DNA of 64,000 nucleotides from Raja brachyura (Eukaryota): the NCBI GenBank assembly GCA_963514005.1, contig OY740807.1:31000001-31064000 (forward strand), read 5' to 3'. Shown one piece after another: positions 34,188 through 46,134 of this stretch; the first letter of the stretch is position 1, and each line of letters opens with the position of its first letter. The notes under the pieces were generated by a model. The model was not told the DNA's origin. It saw only the letters and a program-made list of their open reading frames with translations, and made no database searches. The translations under genes were made by a program, and so were the position numbers.

Positions 34188-34565
34188 AGATGTAATCTTC
34201 CTCAAATAAAGGTGGAGATTTTAATCTCACTGGCAGATCCTGACTAAAGCTTAAGTTGATTGTTCATCATTCACTGAGCTGTGTGTAATGAGGAACAGCC
34301 AGTGTGGACCATGTGTGGCCAAGCCTATGAAATGTAATGTCCAGAGTTTAAATTAATAGAAGGTTACACTAGCTTCATTATAAGCATGCAATTCCTTCCC
34401 TCCTCTGTGCATGTTGTTCATATAATTACTCACCACCCTTGCGAAGACTATGCAAGGATGCGCCTCAAAGGAAAATGCTGCCAACATCACTAACAGCCTC
34501 CCTCAAGGTTATTTTTTCTTGCATAAATATTAGCACAACATTATCTGAGTCATTTTCCATAGTGA

Positions 34566-34723
34566 NNNNNNNNNNNNNNNNNNNNNNNNNNNNNNNNNNN
34601 NNNNNNNNNNNNNNNNNNNNNNNNNNNNNNNNNNNNNNNNNNNNNNNNNNNNNNNNNNNNNNNNNNNNNNNNNNNNNNNNNNNNNNNNNNNNNNNNNNNN
34701 NNNNNNNNNNNNNNNNNNNNNNN
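34566..34723. other. Assembly gap (N run)
   Basis: 158 N. Confidence 0.99.
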
Positions 34724-34796
34724 AGTGAAGCAGGAATTCCCAGCTTGTAAATATAATTTACTGGCCCTAGTGCCTTCTCTGTAGATGGCTCAATTG

Positions 34797-35070
34797 TCAA
34801 TTCAATTTATTGTCACGTGTACTGAGGTACAGTGTAAAGCTATTGTGGCAGGCTAACCAGTCAGCGGAAAGACAATACATGATTACAATCGATCGTCCTA
34901 CAGCGTATAGATACATGATAACATTTAGTGCAAGGTAAAGCCAATAAAGTCCGATCAAAGGTAGCCCGAGTGTCACCAATATAAGGTAGATAGTAGGTCA
35001 GGACTGCTCTCTGGTTGTGGTAGGATGATTCAGTTGCCTTATAACAGCTGGGAAGAAACTGCCCCAGAGT
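34797..35070 (-). mobile_element. Rex1/Babar-type LINE 3' end
   Basis: Reverse complement of 35025-35061 encodes SFFPAVIRQLNH; 3' UTR matches 29310-29400. Confidence 0.8.
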
Positions 35071-35094
35071 CTGCAGGTGAGCTTTTCCCCACTT

Positions 35095-35182
35095 CTATTG
35101 TAATCATGTATTTATTGTCTTTCCGCTGGCTGGTTAGCACGCAACAAAAGATTTTCAATGTACCTCGGTACACGTGACAATA
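35095..35182 (+). mobile_element. Rex1-like 3' UTR fragment, inverted relative to 34808-34890
   Basis: attgtaatcatgta..ttgtctttccgctggctggttagc...tgtacctcggtacacgtgacaata. Confidence 0.8.
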
Positions 35183-35723
35183 GACTGAACCCCCGCGTCG
35201 TAACGCTGTACCGTGTCCACGGATACGTAAAGAGTTGGAAGGTGCCATCCCAAAATACACAGCTCACGATGCAAATGCATTTTAAAATTTCATGCAATGC
35301 TCACGGCAAGTGTCAGCGCAAAAATTGCGGCATTATTTAAAAAATAATGATGGAGGTGAGGTCCACGCTGATGTGTAGCTCAAAAATAAACGCCGTTCCT
35401 TCAAGCAGTTTGCTGCCGAAGCAAATTTGCCCGTGGTTACTTGCAATTAGGAGATATGGGACAAAGAGCAGGAAGAGACAGAGGCCTGCCAGACATCACT
35501 GACTCTTCTCTGTAATGAAGCTTGCTCCAGCTCCCTGCAGGTGCTGCAGTATTTATGGACAGAGCTACACAAGGTCGCCCAGCACATCCATCCTGTGCAA
35601 GAGCAGTGCCATGGGTGAGAATCCAACCGCCATCTCTGGTTAACGCAAGGGCGGGGGGGGGGGGGGGAAATATAAACAACACACCATTTCAAACATCACC
35701 ACTCGTTAATCCAGTGAGCATGT

Positions 35724-36087
35724 NNNNNNNNNNNNNNNNNNNNNNNNNNNNNNNNNNNNNNNNNNNNNNNNNNNNNNNNNNNNNNNNNNNNNNNNNNNNN
35801 NNNNNNNNNNNNNNNNNNNNNNNNNNNNNNNNNNNNNNNNNNNNNNNNNNNNNNNNNNNNNNNNNNNNNNNNNNNNNNNNNNNNNNNNNNNNNNNNNNNN
35901 NNNNNNNNNNNNNNNNNNNNNNNNNNNNNNNNNNNNNNNNNNNNNNNNNNNNNNNNNNNNNNNNNNNNNNNNNNNNNNNNNNNNNNNNNNNNNNNNNNNN
36001 NNNNNNNNNNNNNNNNNNNNNNNNNNNNNNNNNNNNNNNNNNNNNNNNNNNNNNNNNNNNNNNNNNNNNNNNNNNNNNNNNNNNNNN
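35724..36087. other. Assembly gap (N run)
   Basis: 364 N. Confidence 0.99.
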
Positions 36088-36944
36088 TTTGACTGAAAAG
36101 CAAGTAGCGACAAGAGTTGTGAGTGAAAGCTGTCGAAATGTAATTATATCGTGCCATCTGGAAGCAGTGTGATGTCCATGAGGCAGGTCTAGGATGGTGC
36201 AATTAGTGCCTTGGAAGTCAGGAATACCTACGTGCTGTTCACCTGCCGCACCCTGTCCATCATAGCTGACAGCCTCTGGGATCTGACAGCAGCTTTTAAA
36301 CAAATAAATAGCAGGATTTTTAAAGCATTTAAACACCGACGCTTCCAGCCGGGTGCTGCACAGACCCAGCACTTCGGAAATAGTGCCAGTGAGAGACTTG
36401 CTGTCTGGCAGCACGGCGAATGCCCGCTTTTACTATCGTCAGCTGCCCTGAGCTGCATCTGTATTAGTTCACCTCTCTGCACCACCCCCCCCCCCCCCCC
36501 CCCCCTCCCGGGAGAGACGCTGCCTGTTTAAGCAGGGGGAGGTCATTAGGGCGAGAACAAGCTGTCTCCTGACGTTATTCAAGCCAGAAAGCCCCTGTGG
36601 CCTTTGTCCAAAACGGTAACCCGATCAGTCTGACCGTGCCCCAGACCTTTGAAAGTAATCCCCGTCTCCGCGCAACAGTGTGTCGCTGAGGGCTGCTCTG
36701 AGCCAGGGAGATCAAAATGACACACGTTCGTTCTATCCTTGGACCTATGCAGGTCTTGCTCATTGCGTTAGAGCTGCTGGCTTCAGTGTTCCCCAGACAG
36801 ACACAAGATTGTGGAGTAACTCAGCGGGACAGTCAGCTTCTCTGGGTGACGTTTCGGGTCGAGAACCTTCTGCAGACTCGTTCGGGATAAAGGAAACGAG
36901 AGGTGCAGACGATGATGTGGACTGAGAGTGGATGAGGGTGGTAA

Positions 36945-37247
36945 CAATAGACAATAGGTGCAGGAGGAGGCCATTCGGCCCTTCGAGCCAGCACCGCCAT
37001 TCACTGTGATCATGGCTGATCATCCACAATCAGTACCCCGTTCCTGCCTTCTCCCCATATCCCCTGACTCCGCTATCTTTAAGAGCTCTGTCTAATTCTC
37101 TCTTGAAAGCATCCAGAGAATTGGCCTCCGCTGCATTCTGAGGCAGAGAATTCCACACATTCACAACCCTCTGTGTGAAAAAGTGTTTCCTCATCTCTGT
37201 TCTAAATGGCCTACCCCTAATTCTTAAACTGTGGCCCCTGCTTCTGG
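36945..37247 (-). mobile_element. CR1 3' fragment
   Basis: caatagacaataggtgcaggaggaggccattcggccc...gtggcccctgcttctgg. Confidence 0.9.
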
Positions 37248-37436
37248 GGGCAATACATGAGAGCCTGGGTTAATGTTACATTTATAATTCAATGACTCCT
37301 ACTCAAGAGAGTGTACAGTGTAAGGAAGGCACCCATGGAACTGCTGCAGAGAACTACAATGCTGAGAACTACACTCTGCAGCCTGTATCTTCCCCTTTGC
37401 TCTATCTGCCGCATTTGTGTTTGACTTAATACATTA

Positions 37437-37912
37437 ATGTTTAGTTTAGTTTTAGTTTAGAGATACAGTGTGGAAACAGTCCCTTCAGCCCACCGAGTCC
37501 ATGCTGATCAGTCTGCGATAACCAGTACATTAGTTCTATCCTACTCGCAAGGGACAATTTAGTGAAGCCAATTATTCTACAAAGCTGTGCAGGAAGGAAC
37601 TGGTTTGCACCGAAGATAGACGCAAAATTCTGGAGTAACTCAGCGGGTCAGGCAGCATCTCTGGAGAAAAGGAATAGGTGACGTTTTGGGACGAGACCCT
37701 TCTTCAGACCTATTCCTTTTCTACAGAGATGCTGCCTGACCCACTGAGTTACTCCAGCATTAACCTACAAAGCTACATGTCTTTGGAATGTGGGAGGAAG
37801 CCGGAGCACCCGGAGAAAACCCACATGGTCGCAGGGAGAAAGTACAGACAGCTCCAGCGGTTAGGATCGAACTCGGGACTCTGAGAGCTGTGACTCAGCA
37901 ACTCTGCCGCTG
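37437..37912 (-). mobile_element. HE1-like SINE interrupted by a PLE fold-back
   Basis: (tttag)n tail at 37440; head near 37900; TSD ctacaaagct at 37577-37586 and 37765-37774. Confidence 0.85.
37587..37759. mobile_element. PLE pLTR fold-back with a hammerhead-like core between ~50-bp inverted arms
   Basis: Arms at about 37630-37679 and 37708-37759 flank the minus-strand core ctgaagaagggtctcgtcccaaaacgtc. Confidence 0.85.
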
Positions 37913-38217
37913 GGTCCTTGTGCCACCCCTTGGTGTATTCGATCAGTTTGGACAGCATGCAAAACAAAGCTTTTCACAGTACCTTGGTACACGTGACAAT
38001 ATTAACAATAAACCTGAGGACAAAATTTAAAGTGACTGCGATATATCCCGAGGAGTCAAATCCTCAGTCGGTTCCATGGAAGGTGGCTGAAAGGCAAAAC
38101 ACCACGCCACCATGTCTCCCCTCCATGACCCCATGTCTGTTGGGCTTCCGTTGACCACCTGTTAATTGTAGTCGCTCAACTAAAAGTCTGGATTTCTTTT
38201 TCTTCTTCTCCAACAAG

Positions 38218-38825
38218 GGGCGGCACGGTGGCGCAGCGGTAGAGTTGCTGCCTTACAGCGCCGGAGACCCAGGTTCCATCCTGATGACTACCAGACTGAT
38301 TCCTGGCATGGCAGGACTTTCATATGAAGAAAACCTGGATAGACTCGGCTTGTACTCGCTAGAATTTAGAAGATTGAGGGGGGAACTTATGGAGGCTTAC
38401 AAAATTCTTAAGGGGTTGGACAGGCTAGATGCAGGAAGATTGTTCCCGGTGTTGGGGAGGTCCAGAACAAGGGATCACAGTTTAAGGATAAGGGGGAAGT
38501 CTTTTAAGACCGAGATGAGAAAAACATTTTTCACACAGAGAGTGGTGAATCTGTGGAATTCTCTGCCACAGAAGGTAGTTGAGGCCAGTTCATTGGCTAT
38601 ATTAAGAGGGAGTTAGATGTGGCCCTTGCGGCTAAAGGGATCGGGGGTATGGAGAGAAGGCAGGTACGGGATACTGAGTTGGATGATCAGCCATGATCAT
38701 ATTGAATGGCGGTGCAGGCTCGAAGGGCCGAATGGCCTACTCCTGCACCTATTTTCTATGTTTCTATGTTTACGGGTGCTATCTATACTGAGTTTGTTTC
38801 CGCGCTGCATCTCTAAACTAAACAA
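38218..38825 (+). mobile_element. HE1-like SINE (internally deleted) split by a CR1 insertion
   Basis: Head 38218-38290; resumes tacgggtgct at 38771 then jumps to the tail tgtttccgcgctgcatctctaaactaaac. Confidence 0.8.
38291..38770 (+). mobile_element. CR1-type LINE 3' fragment
   Basis: TRLIPGMAGLSYEENLDRLGLYSLEFRRLRGELMEAYKILKGLDRLDAGRLFP; (tttctatg)n tail. Confidence 0.92.
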
Positions 38826-39404
38826 AGCCAGAGATTACCGACACGAGGTAGATTTATGGAGATTTCACAGAATGAAGAAAAGAGCACTCTTGAAAATGAG
38901 GCGTGTGACAGAATTATGTTGCTAATGCAATTCTGCTTTTGACTTCAGGGAAAAAGCCTGACCTCCACCTGGCATCTGCGTGGAAGAATTACACGAGGGG
39001 ATCCCAGTCAAATACCGCACCGCGTTTCGTCATTCCCGCAAGTAGCCCTCAGGCAAATTACTGGAAGTTTTGTAGTTAGTAACATTGATCTCAAGGGGCC
39101 ATATGGTCAACTCCAAACTTCCATCCATTCAAGCAATTCCCAAAGTACAAATCCATTTTAAAGTCATGTTTAACATAGGGCGTCAACTGACTCAGAAGTC
39201 GATCACAAATCTCTCTCCATCTTCAAGCAAACAGTAGAATATTTTTGTCCTGAAACATATCCCAGGTGCCGCAAACTCAAAAAGGTAGTTATGTATCTTA
39301 ATATCCCTAAATAATTTAGAGTTCAATGCAATTATGAAAGGCAAATTCACATCAAAACAAGACATCTGTGTCTTTCGTGCAATGTTAAGTCAAAGACTAC
39401 TTTT

Positions 39405-39700
39405 GGGCCACACCGTAGTGCAGATGGTAGAGCTGCTGCCTCGCAGCGCCAGTGACCCGGGTCCGATCCTGACCTTGGGAGCTGTCTGCGTGCGGAGTTT
39501 GCACGCTCTCCCTGTGACCGCGTGGGTTTTTCTCCCACAAGCCAAAGACGTGCGGGTTTGTAGGTTAATTTGCCTCCGTAAATTGTCCCCAGTGTGCAGG
39601 ACGTAGATGAGGAAATAGGATGATAGTTTGAACATGTGATGGATGGTTGGTGTGGACACGGTAGGCTGAAAGCCCAATTTCAATGCTGTATCTCAGTTTA
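39405..39700 (+). mobile_element. HE1-like SINE
   Basis: tRNA head, ctcccaca.gccaaagacgtgcgggtttgtaggttaatt domain. Confidence 0.85.
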
Positions 39701-39829
39701 CTTTTAGCTGTGACACACGGCGTTGAAACTGCATCTCTCAACAGTATCTCTAAACTAAACCAGTGTTTTATGCCACCATTTCCCAATTGACAGGCTGGGG
39801 AGGACAAAGAACAGGCAATAATTTACAAT

Positions 39830-40330
39830 CATTGTAAACAAAATCCTAAACCTTTCCCATGTATACTGTGCTGAGTAGTCCAGTCAATATTATTGCTTTG
39901 AATTCTCTGCTCTCTATAAATGGACTGCAGATGGAAAGATCAATTATAATCCTGTTTCATAATGGCATCTGAATAAAACAGTGATTTGAGGTGGTCTGAA
40001 TGTTGACATATCTGCCGCAGATTGGCACCAATTTAAGCAATTAAATCTTAACTGTACCCTGTTGATTTTCTATTAAGGATGTGAATTGCTGTCCACAAAT
40101 TAAAAATACCTGATATTAGAGACAATTTCGATCCGTTTTACTGAAGTCAACGTGTCTCTCGATATTAATTATCTGTTGATGAACTGAATTAATAGATCAA
40201 CCAATTCTAAATAAATGGCGTGAAACCTCAATCACTATTAAAGGCTGCTCCGTTCTCCCTTTCGCTTAAATTTGTCCTCTGAAATAAAATACATCAGAAA
40301 GTGAACAGAAACTTGTGAAAACTAGCTTTG
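39830..40330. promoter_or_regulatory. Repeat-free AT-rich block, candidate conserved non-coding element
   Basis: Many TAAT/ATTA and TCAAT/TTGAT motifs, no repeats; conservation not tested. Confidence 0.25.
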
Positions 40331-40414
40331 TGCTCCTCACTCATTTTAGGATGAACATGACAGTTGGGAATCAAATAAAATTTAGAAAACTCAAAAGTGC
40401 AAAATATCTGCTGC

Positions 40415-40690
40415 CCTGCCAGCGGTAGAGTTGCTGCCTTCCAGTGCCAGAGACCCGGGTTCAGTTCTGTCTACTGGTGCTGTCTGGATGGCGTTTGTAT
40501 GTTCTCTCCGTGACCTGCATGGGTTTTCCCAGGGTGCACCGGTTTCCGCCCAAACCCCACAGACATACAGGTTTTGTAGGTTAACTGGCTTCTGTATGGA
40601 TTGTAAATTGCCCCTAATGTGTAGGATGGTGCTAGTGTACGGGGATAGCTGGACTCGGCGGGCCGAAGGGCCTGCTTCCACGCTGGGTCT
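40415..40690 (+). mobile_element. HE1-like SINE
   Basis: agcggtagagttgctgcct...gggccgaagggcctgcttccacgctg. Confidence 0.85.
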
Positions 40691-41129
40691 CGAAACGACA
40701 CACTATTTTTTCACGTTAAATGCAAACACTCGCTTCCACGTGTATTACGAGCAATTGTTTTGCCTCTCATCGCAATCAATCCATTGCACTAAGTATGCAA
40801 ACGGTAATCTAAACTCTATCCTGAGCTGCTCTGACAGTATTTCCCTCCATCTGACCTTTCAGCGGCACGTCAAGATCAAGCTGACAGCTTGGCATTCACC
40901 TGAGGGCCTTATTAACCCATCTTCTCGCATTAGGCAGGCCGTCTCCAAGCGGCCCAGACCGAAGGCAACATCTCTGACTGACAGCGGCTTAATTGAGGAG
41001 GACAAATGCAACATCCGCAGTCATCGCTTGCAGCCCTTCGGAGCGGCCCAGTTTCCAGTGTGTAACCCCCCCAAGCTCCAACACTCCGCAAACTGTCCAC
41101 ACAACCCTGTCATCCAAACCCAGCTCTGG

Positions 41130-41214
41130 CCACCCCAAGTCGACCGCCTGCCCCTTTTCCGGGGTGTCCCTCGTGAGGAACTACCAGGGCACCATGGGAT
41201 ATTTCCAGGACCGC
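41130..41214 (+). mobile_element. Possible decayed Tx1/L1-like C-terminal fragment
   Basis: LPLFRG followed in another frame by GT...FQDR resembles Tx1-clade C-termini; very short. Confidence 0.25.
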
Positions 41215-41217
41215 TAG

Positions 41218-41400
41218 AAGCGTAGAAAATAGGTGCAGGAGTAGGCCATTCGACCCATCGTGCCAGCCCGCTGTTCAATATGATCATGGCTGATCATCCA
41301 GAATCAGTACCCTGTTCCTGCTTTCCCCCCCATGTCCCTTGATTCCGTTAGCCCTATGAGCTAAATCTAACTCTCTCTTGAAAACATCCAATGAATCGGA
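41218..41400 (-). mobile_element. CR1 3' terminal fragment
   Basis: tagaaaataggtgcaggagtaggccattc...atcatggctgatcatcca. Confidence 0.88.
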
Positions 41401-41725
41401 CAGATGTAGCATTGACAGCTGGAAGCAGATGTTGCCAACTGCACATATTAGAAATATGAACCCCCACTAAATAAACTTCCATCTGAGGATGCAAAGTTTA
41501 GTTTATCAACATCTGTAGTTAAGAAACATGCGCAATTTCACATTCAAGATATTTTGATAGTAAACAAAGTCCATCGAAGTTTAAAAAAAGGGATGTAAAA
41601 AATGTTGTGAAACCAGGCATTAGACATTGGTTGGGGTGTAAATTTGACCAAACCTGACCAAAGACCAAGTACATATTTTTTCTATGACTGACCAGAACAT
41701 GACTGCCCAAGTGCCGAACCAAATT

Positions 41726-42022
41726 ACGTTTAGAGATATAGCATGGAAACAGGCCCTTCGGCCCACCAAGTCCGCACCGACCAGCGATCCCCGCACACAA
41801 ACACTATCCTACACACACTAAGGACAAGTTACATTTATACCAAGCCAATTAACCTGCAAACCTGTACGTCTTTGGAGTGTGGGGGGAAACCGAAGATCTC
41901 GGAGAAAACCCTCGCAGGTTACAGGGAGGACGTATAAAAAATTCCGTACAGACAGAACCCGTAGTCAGAATCGAACCCGCGTCTCTGGCGCTGCGAGGCA
42001 GCAAGTGGACCACTGCACCACC
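41726..42022 (-). mobile_element. HE1-like SINE
   Basis: ggaaacaggcccttcggcccacc...tcgaacccgcgtctctggcgctg. Confidence 0.9.
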
Positions 42023-42174
42023 GTCTCTCTCTCATCAGAATATACACACAACTCAAGGTTGACCCGCAGACCCCGATCGCATACACTTGCATTGGGCAAC
42101 AAGCCTTTACTTCACTGTTGACTGTGACACAACCTGCTACTTCAGAGATCTAGTCAAAGTATCAAAGACCTGGG

Positions 42175-42372
42175 TCGTCGATGCCGGCTCTGATTTGTTT
42201 GGCACCTTTTCAAACCTCTAGTTTCCCTCTCCCCTGACCCTCAGTCTGAAGAAGGGACTCGACCCGAAATGTCATCTACTCCTTTTCTCCAGAGATTCTG
42301 TATGACTCGTTGAGTTACTCCAGCAATTGTATCTATAGTGTAAACTAGGATCTGCAGTTCCTTCTTACACAA
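42175..42372 (+). mobile_element. PLE 3' UTR plus pLTR with hammerhead-like core
   Basis: ctctcccctgaccctcagtctgaagaagggactcgacccgaaatgtca. Confidence 0.75.
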
Positions 42373-43127
42373 AGCATCCTCCCCAATCTGTGGAGTTAAA
42401 TGTCTGCTCCATCAAGTGCTAGACCTCACGTTAAATGACTTTGGACATTTCTCAGGGGACAAGGATCGGCACCAAGTAATTTGGCACGAGCCAGCATGGT
42501 TGCTCAAAGAGACACGGCCATTAGCCTGGCACGGCAGGGCTGTTCTTTAGAGTTTGGCATTGAAGCAATGTACTGAGGGAAAATGGCGACTGCAGTGCTT
42601 CACCCACGACCTTGCCCGATCCGAACAGGATGGCCTCCGGTTGCCAACGGAAAATTAAACTGAGAATGTGCTCGACTGAGTGTGCCTGACTCACACGTCT
42701 AACTGCAGCATCTTGAGCATGAAAGTCATCAACAAGCAAGCTGCCAGCACGATGCTGGATGGCTTCCCAGCTCTCAGTTTGACATTTAGATGCCAAATTG
42801 CTGATGTTCAGTTGTTTGAAAATGCAGCTCGTTTATTCCCAAATTGGCGGAGGAGAATTTGCAAGAGGTTGCAGATGCAAAGTCACTGGAGAGCCTCCAA
42901 GTCCTGACTATCATTTTTCAATCTGCTATTTTAAGGACGCCCTGCGTCTCGCTCCAAGTAAATAAACCCACTGTTGCTGCATCCACTCCAGAGCCAAGGT
43001 CCTGGACCAAACCACCTTCTAGCTCCTAGTTGCCAACACCAATGTCTTCCACGCTCCGGCTTCATATGATCGATTCATACTTCATTGTCACATGGACTTG
43101 TTACGGTGAAATTCTTTGTTTTGCAGA

Positions 43128-43942
43128 CAAAGGTCTTATCGAAGTGGATAAAAGCACGAGAGGAATAGATCGGGAAGATGCATAGAGTCTCTTGCCCAGA
43201 GTAGGGTAAATCGAGGACCAGAGGACGTAGGTTGAACATCTTCAAGGGGAAAAGGTTTAATAGGAATCTGAGGGGTAATTTCTTCACACAAAGGGCGGTG
43301 GGTGTACGGAACAAGCTGCCAAAGGAGGTTGTCGAGGCAGGGACTATAAAAATATTTAAAAGATACTTGGACAGATGCATGGATAGGATAGTTTTAGAGG
43401 GATATGGGCCAAACGCAGGTAGGTGGGACTACATAGAAACATAGAAAATAGGTGCAGGAGGAGGCCATTCGGCCCTTCAAGCCAGCACCGCCATTCATGG
43501 TGATCATGGCTGATCGTCCCCAATCAATAACCTGTGCCTGCCTTCTCCCCATACCCCTTGATTCCACTAGCCCCTAGAGCTCTATCTAACTCTCTCTTAA
43601 ATCCATCCAGTGATTTGGCCTCCACTGCCCTCTATGACAGGGAATTTCACAAATTCACAACTCTCTGGGTGAAAACGTTTTTTTCTCACCTCAGTCTTAA
43701 ATGGCCTCCCCTTTATTCTAAGACTGTGACCCCTGGTTCTGGACTCGCCCAACATTGGGAACATTTTTCCTGCATCTAGCTTGTCCAGTCCTTTTATAAT
43801 TTTATATGTCTCTATAAGAACCCCCTTCATCTTTCTAAACTCCAGTGAATACAAGCCTAGTCTTTTCAATCTTTCCTAGTGTAGATGGGTCAATTTGGTA
43901 TGCATGGGCAAGTTGAGACTGTTTCAATGCTGTATGACTCTA
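43128..43942 (+). mobile_element. HER1-type LINE 3' fragment split by an inverted CR1
   Basis: KGKRFNRNLRGNFFTQRAVGVRNKLP; ggtggga-cta|insert|cta-gtgtagatggg. Confidence 0.85.
43431..43877 (-). mobile_element. Young CR1 3' fragment
   Basis: KRLGLYSLEFRKMKGVLIETYKIIKGLDKLDAGKMFPMLGESRTRGH; near-identical to 54008-54449. Confidence 0.92.
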
Positions 43943-43969
43943 AGATATATGACTGTAAACACTGACTAC

Positions 43970-44135
43970 AGGATCTATCCCAATGTTTAAGAAACAGTTA
44001 GCTAGGTACAATGATGGGACAGGTTTGGAGCGTTATGGGCCAAACGCAGGCAGGTGGGACTAGTGTGGCTGGGACAAGTTGCCAGTATGGGCAAGTTGGG
44101 CTGAAGGGCCCGTTTCCCCGCTGTGTCACTCTACG
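43970..44135 (+). mobile_element. HER1-type LINE 3' end
   Basis: caggtgggactagtgtggctggg...gggcccgtttccccgctgtg. Confidence 0.8.
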
Positions 44136-44957
44136 ATTTTAATACACAAGTATGCACAGTCACCGACAAAGTTACAGAAGTATTCAATGCAGTCCCGATG
44201 GTCCGTCCTTCCCACCCCACACCAGGGCTTGTGTTCTCGGTGGCCTCCCCACGCCAGGGTCCCCCTTCGTTCTCTCAGCGGCCCCCCATTTCCAAGCACA
44301 AAATGATCTCAATGGCATACAGGTCAAAAGACCCAACGCACCAGCTTTAACCACAACGTGAATTGCATTATCTGACCTTAGATTCAACTTGGGGAATAAG
44401 GGACCCATGAATTCAAACTAACTTGAATTAATCTACTCGACTAATTTGAAAGAAGACACCAATTTTCATTTGGTGCACGTTGAGATAAATCAATTACATT
44501 TAAACTGTGGAATTAAAACGAGGACATTACCAGCACATCATCCTGAATTGAGTTCCCAAAAACTGCAAAGTGGTTTGGGACCATGATAAAGAGCCAATGG
44601 CAATTTAAAGGCTTGCCAACCATATAAAGTGGTCTCATCCAGAACCTGGTGTTCCTATTAAATAATTAGTTGAAAGGAAAAAAAAAAACAGTTTTCAGCA
44701 CAGTGAGAGTTTATGCTCATTGATAATACCGTTTAACCCACAGGAACTAAAAAATCTTGCTTCTGGGACATCTCTGCCAATGTTCCACTTCTTGCAGACC
44801 ATCTTTGATGTCTGCAAAATTAACTGGCGAGCTCTTGAATTTCCATCCTGAGATTCATTACTTGCAAGTTGACAATCAAGAGTGGAATTAACAGTGCAAC
44901 ATTGATATATATTCAATTTAAGGACACCACAAAACCGGTTGAACAATCCACACTATG

Positions 44958-45076
44958 CAGAGGAAGGAACTGCAGATGCTGATTTAAACCGAAGATAGAT
45001 GCAAAATGCTGGAGTAACTCAGCGGTACAGGCAGCATCTCTGGAGAGAAGGAATGGGTGTCATTTCGGGTCGAGAT
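44958..45076 (-). mobile_element. PLE pLTR fragment
   Basis: ggaactgcagatgctg...gctggagtaactcagcgg...tttcgggtcgaga. Confidence 0.75.
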
Positions 45077-45374
45077 TTGCACTCTGCAGTTTTCTGGAAA
45101 CCTCTCAAGAGAGATACAAACAGCACAGATTTTGTGCATTGCAAGGGCCTCCATAGCTGAGCAAGATGAGTGACTATTTCATTGGTCTTTGCTGTTGTTA
45201 GCTAAGCTACAAGCAAATTGCAATTTTACCTTTTACGAGACCGTGAGGAGCAATTCATAAGTACATGAACAAGATTCATTTAACATAGGGGATACGAAGA
45301 ACTGCAGCTGCTGATTTACAAAAAAGACACAGAGTGCTGGGGCACCTCAGCAGGTCAGGCAGCATCTCGGGAGT

Positions 45375-45677
45375 CGGGTGGCTTGGTGATGCAGCGGTAG
45401 AGTTGGTACCTTACAGGGCCAGAGACGGGTTTGATCCTGACACTGGGTGCTGTTTGTATGGAGTTTGTGCATTCTCCCCGTGACCACGTGGGTTTTCTCC
45501 AGGTGCTCCTGTTTCTTCCCTACTCCAAAGACCAGCAGGTTTGGAGCTTAATTGGCTTCTGTAAGAATTGTAATTTGTCCCTAGTGTGTAGGATAGTGCT
45601 AGTGTATGGCGAATGTTGGTCGGTGTGAACTCAGTGGGCCGAAGGACCTCTTTCCATGCTGTGCAGCTAAACTAAAC
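45375..45677 (+). mobile_element. HE1-like SINE nested in a PLE pLTR fragment (45295-45720)
   Basis: SINE head and tail; PLE resumes aacatggatag...ccttcttcagactga. Confidence 0.85.
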
Positions 45678-46134
45678 ATGGATAGATTACATTTTAACTT
45701 GGGATCCTTCTTCAGACTGAGTGAAGATTGAATTAGCAGATCATACATATTATAATTTTTCATAAGTACCAGATAAAGAGGACCCTAAAATAGACCAATA
45801 TTCATGTGTATTCATGTCACCTATTTGTGACATACCCAACTTTTTTCCAACAGCAATACGTCTCTGGTTGTTGTTGTCCAGTACCACTGGTGCAGGTGCT
45901 AAACGCATGATCACAGTGAGATACTAACGTTTGGCAAGAGGCTTTGAATGCTTGTTTTAAGGATATTTTAGACAATGTTTCGCTACAAAACTCCAAACGT
46001 TTTACATCGCTCAGTCATAGTCGGTCCCAAAAATGTAAGATTTGACCATTGACCCTCATCAATCACCAGAGGTGGCCATTGAACTGGCCTTGTGCATCAA
46101 CAGATTTTGGGTGGGACATCTTTGCCAGAACACC

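Noticed and set aside
34439-36414. Long ORFs of 103-241 aa
   Set aside because: They are artefacts of reading through N gaps
40431-41225. Longest ORF in the window (264 aa)
   Set aside because: Starts inside a SINE, has no domain signature and unnatural composition; likely chance
46062-46080. CTCF-like motif caccagaggtggcc (similar at 19424)
   Set aside because: Spacing does not fit the core consensus well; unsupported
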